Source of the DNA: Escherichia coli
GTDB taxonomy: Bacteria > Pseudomonadota > Gammaproteobacteria > Enterobacterales > Enterobacteriaceae
NCBI RefSeq assembly: GCF_003334385.1
Contig: NZ_QOWN01000010.1
Strand: one strand, 5' to 3'
Length of the DNA stretch: 64,000 nt
The position numbers and the translations under genes are program-made. This document shows, one piece after another, positions 59,936 through 64,000 of this stretch (position 1 is its first letter; each line of letters starts with the position of its first letter). Below the pieces are notes generated by a model. It worked only from the letters and a program-made list of their open reading frames with translations. It did not search any database and was not told the DNA's origin.

Positions 59936-60946
59936 ATGTACTACCCCTTCGTTCGTAAAGCCCTTTTCCAGCTCGATCCAGAGCGCGCTCATGAGTTTAC
60001 TTTTCAGCAATTACGCCGTATTACAGGAACGCCGTTTGAAGCACTGGTGCGGCAGAAAGTGCCTGCGAAACCTGTTAACTGCATGGGCCTGACGTTTAAA
60101 AATCCGCTTGGTCTGGCAGCCGGTCTTGATAAAGACGGGGAGTGCATTGACGCGTTAGGCGCGATGGGATTTGGATCGATCGAGATCGGTACCGTCACGC
60201 CACGTCCACAGCCAGGTAATGACAAGCCGCGTCTCTTTCGTCTGGTAGATGCCGAAGGTTTGATCAACCGTATGGGCTTTAATAATCTTGGCGTTGATAA
60301 CCTCGTAGAGAACGTAAAAAAGGCCCATTATGACGGCGTCCTGGGTATTAACATCGGCAAAAATAAAGATACGCCAGTGGAGCAGGGCAAAGATGACTAT
60401 CTGATTTGTATGGAAAAAATCTATGCCTATGCGGGATATATCGCCATCAATATTTCATCGCCGAATACCCCAGGATTACGCACGCTGCAATATGGTGAAG
60501 CGCTGGATGATCTCTTAACCGCGATTAAAAATAAGCAAAATGATTTGCAAGCGATGCACCATAAATATGTGCCGATCGCAGTGAAGATCGCGCCGGATCT
60601 TTCTGAAGAAGAATTGATCCAGGTTGCCGATAGTTTAGTTCGCCATAATATTGATGGCGTTATTGCAACCAATACCACACTCGATCGTTCTCTTGTTCAG
60701 GGAATGAAAAATTGCGATCAAACCGGTGGCTTAAGTGGTCGTCCGCTTCAGTTAAAAAGCACCGAAATTATTCGCCGCTTGTCACTGGAATTAAACGGTC
60801 GCTTACCGATCATCGGTGTTGGCGGCATCGACTCGGTTATCGCTGCGCGTGAAAAGATTGCTGCGGGTGCCTCACTGGTGCAAATTTATTCTGGTTTTAT
60901 TTTTAAAGGTCCGCCGCTGATTAAAGAAATCGTTACCCATATCTAA
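59936..60946 (+). CDS. pyrD: Dihydroorotate dehydrogenase (quinone)
   Basis: 336 aa from [21 protein letters not shown]. Confidence 0.97.
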
Positions 60947-61119
60947 TTATTTCTTCGAATTCCTCTTTATAAGATAATCAGGGCTTTATTTTCAGCCCTG
61001 GTTGTTTTATATTCATCGCTGTTGCTTATTTAGACATTTTGTACTTTTATTGTTGAGGTTATTAAGCGAAGCGACAATGGATTGTGTTGCTGCGGTTTTA
61101 TAGGGTAGGGGAGAGGCAG

Positions 61120-61662
61120 ATGCGAATTAAACCAGACGATAACTGGCGTTGGTATTACGATGAAGAGCACGATCGAATGATGCTCGATTTAGCCAATGGT
61201 ATGCTATTTCGCTCACGTTTTGCGCGCAAGATGTTGACTCCAGATGCCTTTTCTCCCGCAGGCTTTTGCGTTGACGACGCCGCGCTCTATTTCTCTTTTG
61301 AAGAAAAGTGCCGCGATTTTAATTTATCTAAAGAACAAAAAGCCGAACTGGTGCTGAATGCACTGGTAGCAATTCGCTATCTCAAACCGCAAATGCCGAA
61401 AAGCTGGCATTTTGTTTCCCATGGTGAAATGTGGGTGCCCATGCCGGGCGATGCGGCCTGCGTTTGGTTGAGCGATACTCACGAGCAGGTCAATTTGCTG
61501 GTCGTTGAATCTGGCGAAAATGCCGCACTATGCCTGCTGGCACAACCCTGCGTTGTTATTGCGGGTCGCGCGATGCAGTTGGGCGACGCCATTAAAATCA
61601 TGAACGACAGGCTGAAACCGCAGGTTAATGTTGACAGCTTCAGCCTCGAACAGGCAGTCTAA
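61120..61662 (+). CDS. zapC: Cell division protein ZapC
   Basis: 180 aa from [24 protein letters not shown]. Confidence 0.9.
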
Positions 61663-62768
61663 CGCGCCAACTTAAGTGCAGTCTTCGGTACACAGCTACA
61701 GCAAAGAATGGTGCCATCATCGCCCATTGCTGATTTTTTCAGCGGCGTGACTTCGCCTTCTAAAAGCTGAACACGGCAACTTCCACAAATGCCCGCGCGG
61801 CAAGAATAAGGGATACGAATTCCCTGATTTTCTAATTGCTCCAGCAACACCTGTTGGTTATTTCCACGAAATGCCTGTCCCTGCCAGTCAATATCTACAT
61901 TTGCGTCCGGTTGTTGCGTGATGTTGGCGGTATCATCAGCGGCAGCTGCGCCGTAAATTTTTGCCGGAGCCGTTGCCAGAATTTCCACCTCATCGCCAAC
62001 GCGAATCACGCCGCTATTACGGGCAATTAAATTCTGACCAAAATCGACATCGCCGTTATCCTGGGCAGTGCGGAAAGATTGCAATGTTTTTAATGGTTCG
62101 CCTGCCGGATGTTTTTGCCCTTTTTCTGGGCTGACGGTGGTGAAAATACAGCGGCTACAAGGTTTAACCACATCAAACACCACATCACCAATGCGAATCA
62201 CTTTCCAGCGATCTTCTTCCCAGGCTGACGCGCCGGAAACCACCAGATTGGGGCGGAATTGCTCCATTTTTACACTGGCCGGACAACGTTGTTGGAGATC
62301 ACGTAACGAGGCTTCGTTAGCAAGAAGGTAAGGATAGCCATCAGCAAATGACAGAGGTACAGTGTTGTGGCGTTTCACGCGCCGGGTCATTTGTGGCCCC
62401 ACCCAGCGTAATTGCACTTCGCGGGAGAAAAATCCACTTAGCCATTTGTTGATCGCGTCTGGCGCAATTCGCGCGGTAAAATGTGTGCCCCAAACTTCGG
62501 TTGGTGCGTCTTGTGTGGCGAAATCAGCAAAACGAACATATGCGCTACTGCCATCTGGTGCGGTGAGATGCAAGCCATCATGCACAGGTGAAGGAGTAAA
62601 CCGTACCATCTGGGGAAACTGGCGAGCGGTAATAAACGTACCGTCAGGTTCCGTGATCATAAAGATGCGATCGAAGGCCAGACCACTGACATCTGCCAGA
62701 GCATGTGTAAGACCAATGCCGCGCATCGATTTAACAGGATGAATAAAAAGCCGGATTAATGTCGCCAC
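61659..62768 (-). CDS. ycbX: MOSC-domain protein with C-terminal 2Fe-2S ferredoxin domain
   Basis: 369 aa; C-terminal Cys cluster ([11 protein letters not shown]…CCSC); 3' end overlaps zapC stop by 4 nt. Confidence 0.88.
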
Positions 62769-63011
62769 GGTGCGGTCCTCAAATGAAAATAAGCCCTCAA
62801 CTTTATGACATGACGCGCTTATTAGCTATAATGCGCAACAATTTTCTTAGCGCCTGTCCCATTAGGCTATTTTATTTGTCAGTTTGGCCCTGGGTTATGC
62901 TCGAAATCCTCACGTACTTGTGTACGCTCCGGTTTCTCCGCGCTGTCCATGTCCAGACTGACTGCAACAATTACGCCTACTGCGGTAGGCTCTTAGAGTA
63001 AAAGTGACGAT

Positions 63012-64000
63012 ATGAATTCTCTGTTTGCCAGTACGGCCCGTGGGCTGGAAGAGCTGTTAAAAACTGAACTGGAAAACCTGGGGGCCGTTGAATGCCAGGT
63101 GGTTCAGGGTGGGGTCCATTTCAAGGGCGACACACGGCTTGTTTACCAGAGCCTGATGTGGAGCCGCCTGGCCTCGCGTATTATGTTGCCGCTGGGCGAG
63201 TGTAAGGTTTACAGCGATTTAGACCTCTATCTCGGTGTTCAGGCGATCAACTGGACAGAGATGTTTAATCCTGGCGCGACCTTCGCTGTCCACTTCAGTG
63301 GTTTGAATGACACCATCCGCAACAGTCAGTACGGCGCGATGAAAGTGAAAGACGCGATCGTCGATGCTTTCACGCGGAAAAATCTGCCGCGTCCAAATGT
63401 TGATCGCGATGCGCCGGATATCCGCGTTAACGTCTGGCTGCATAAAGAAACCGCCAGTATCGCTCTTGATCTGAGTGGTGATGGTTTACATCTGCGTGGC
63501 TATCGCGATCGTGCTGGTATTGCGCCGATCAAAGAAACCCTGGCAGCCGCTATTGTGATGCGATCCGGCTGGCAGCCAGGAACACCGCTGCTCGATCCGA
63601 TGTGTGGTTCCGGTACGTTGCTGATTGAAGCAGCGATGCTGGCGACCGAGCGCGCACCAGGCTTGCACCGTGGGCGTTGGGGCTTTAGCGGCTGGGCGCA
63701 GCATGATGAAGCTATCTGGCAGGAAGTGAAAGCGGAAGCGCAAACTCGCGCCCGTAAAGGCCTGGCTGAGTATAGCTCTCATTTTTACGGTTCGGACAGC
63801 GACGCACGGGTGATTCAACGTGCACGCACTAACGCCCGTCTTGCGGGGATTGGTGAACTGATCACCTTTGAGGTGAAAGATGTCGCGCAACTGACCAATC
63901 CGCTGCCGAAAGGGCCGTACGGCACAGTGTTGAGCAACCCGCCATACGGGGAACGTCTGGACAGCGAACCGGCGCTGATTGCGCTGCATAGCCTGCTGGG
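63012..64000 (+). CDS. rlmL: 23S rRNA methyltransferase RlmL/K, 5' portion (runs off the window)
   Basis: Open frame from ATG 63012 to the window end ([31 protein letters not shown]…); absent from the ORF track because no stop is reached. Confidence 0.9.
   Translation, partial: MNSLFASTARGLEELLKTELENLGAVECQVVQGGVHFKGDTRLVYQSLMWSRLASRIMLPLGECKVYSDLDLYLGVQAINWTEMFNPGATFAVHFSGLNDTIRNSQYGAMKVKDAIVDAFTRKNLPRPNVDRDAPDIRVNVWLHKETASIALDLSGDGLHLRGYRDRAGIAPIKETLAAAIVMRSGWQPGTPLLDPMCGSGTLLIEAAMLATERAPGLHRGRWGFSGWAQHDEAIWQEVKAEAQTRARKGLAEYSSHFYGSDSDARVIQRARTNARLAGIGELITFEVKDVAQLTNPLPKGPYGTVLSNPPYGERLDSEPALIALHSLL

Noticed and set aside
62759-63001. 80-aa plus-strand ORF filling the ycbX-rlmL intergenic region
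   Set aside because: Overlaps the ycbX start codon and must contain the rlmL promoter; Cys/Trp/Leu-rich with no obvious RBS. Cannot be fully excluded as a small protein without ribosome-profiling data.

Overview
This window reads as a contiguous, colinear stretch of Escherichia coli K-12-like core chromosome, running from ycaC to the 5' part of rlmL. Nearly every base is accounted for by 52 recognisable protein-coding genes, among them pflA-pflB-focA, ycaO, serC-aroA, cmk-rpsA-ihfB, ycaI-msbA-lpxK-ycaQ-ycaR-kdsB, cmoM-mukFEB, ldtD, mepK-gloC, aspC, ompF, asnS, pncB, pepN, ssuEADCB, the elf/ycb chaperone-usher fimbrial cluster, pyrD, zapC and ycbX. I also mapped intrinsic terminators, one BIME (two inverted REP units) and several regulator-binding sites (FNR, OmpR F1-F4, PurR, candidate NadR). 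I found no tRNA/rRNA genes, IS elements, prophage remnants, CRISPR arrays or inserted islands, and no evidence for a novel, undescribed system. The most notable sequence-level anomaly is an in-frame amber codon inside ssuA. Gene identities rest on the translated ORFs (motifs, lengths) plus remembered K-12 synteny; no database search was run, so exact start codons, hairpin coordinates (about +/-2 nt) and binding-site calls are provisional.
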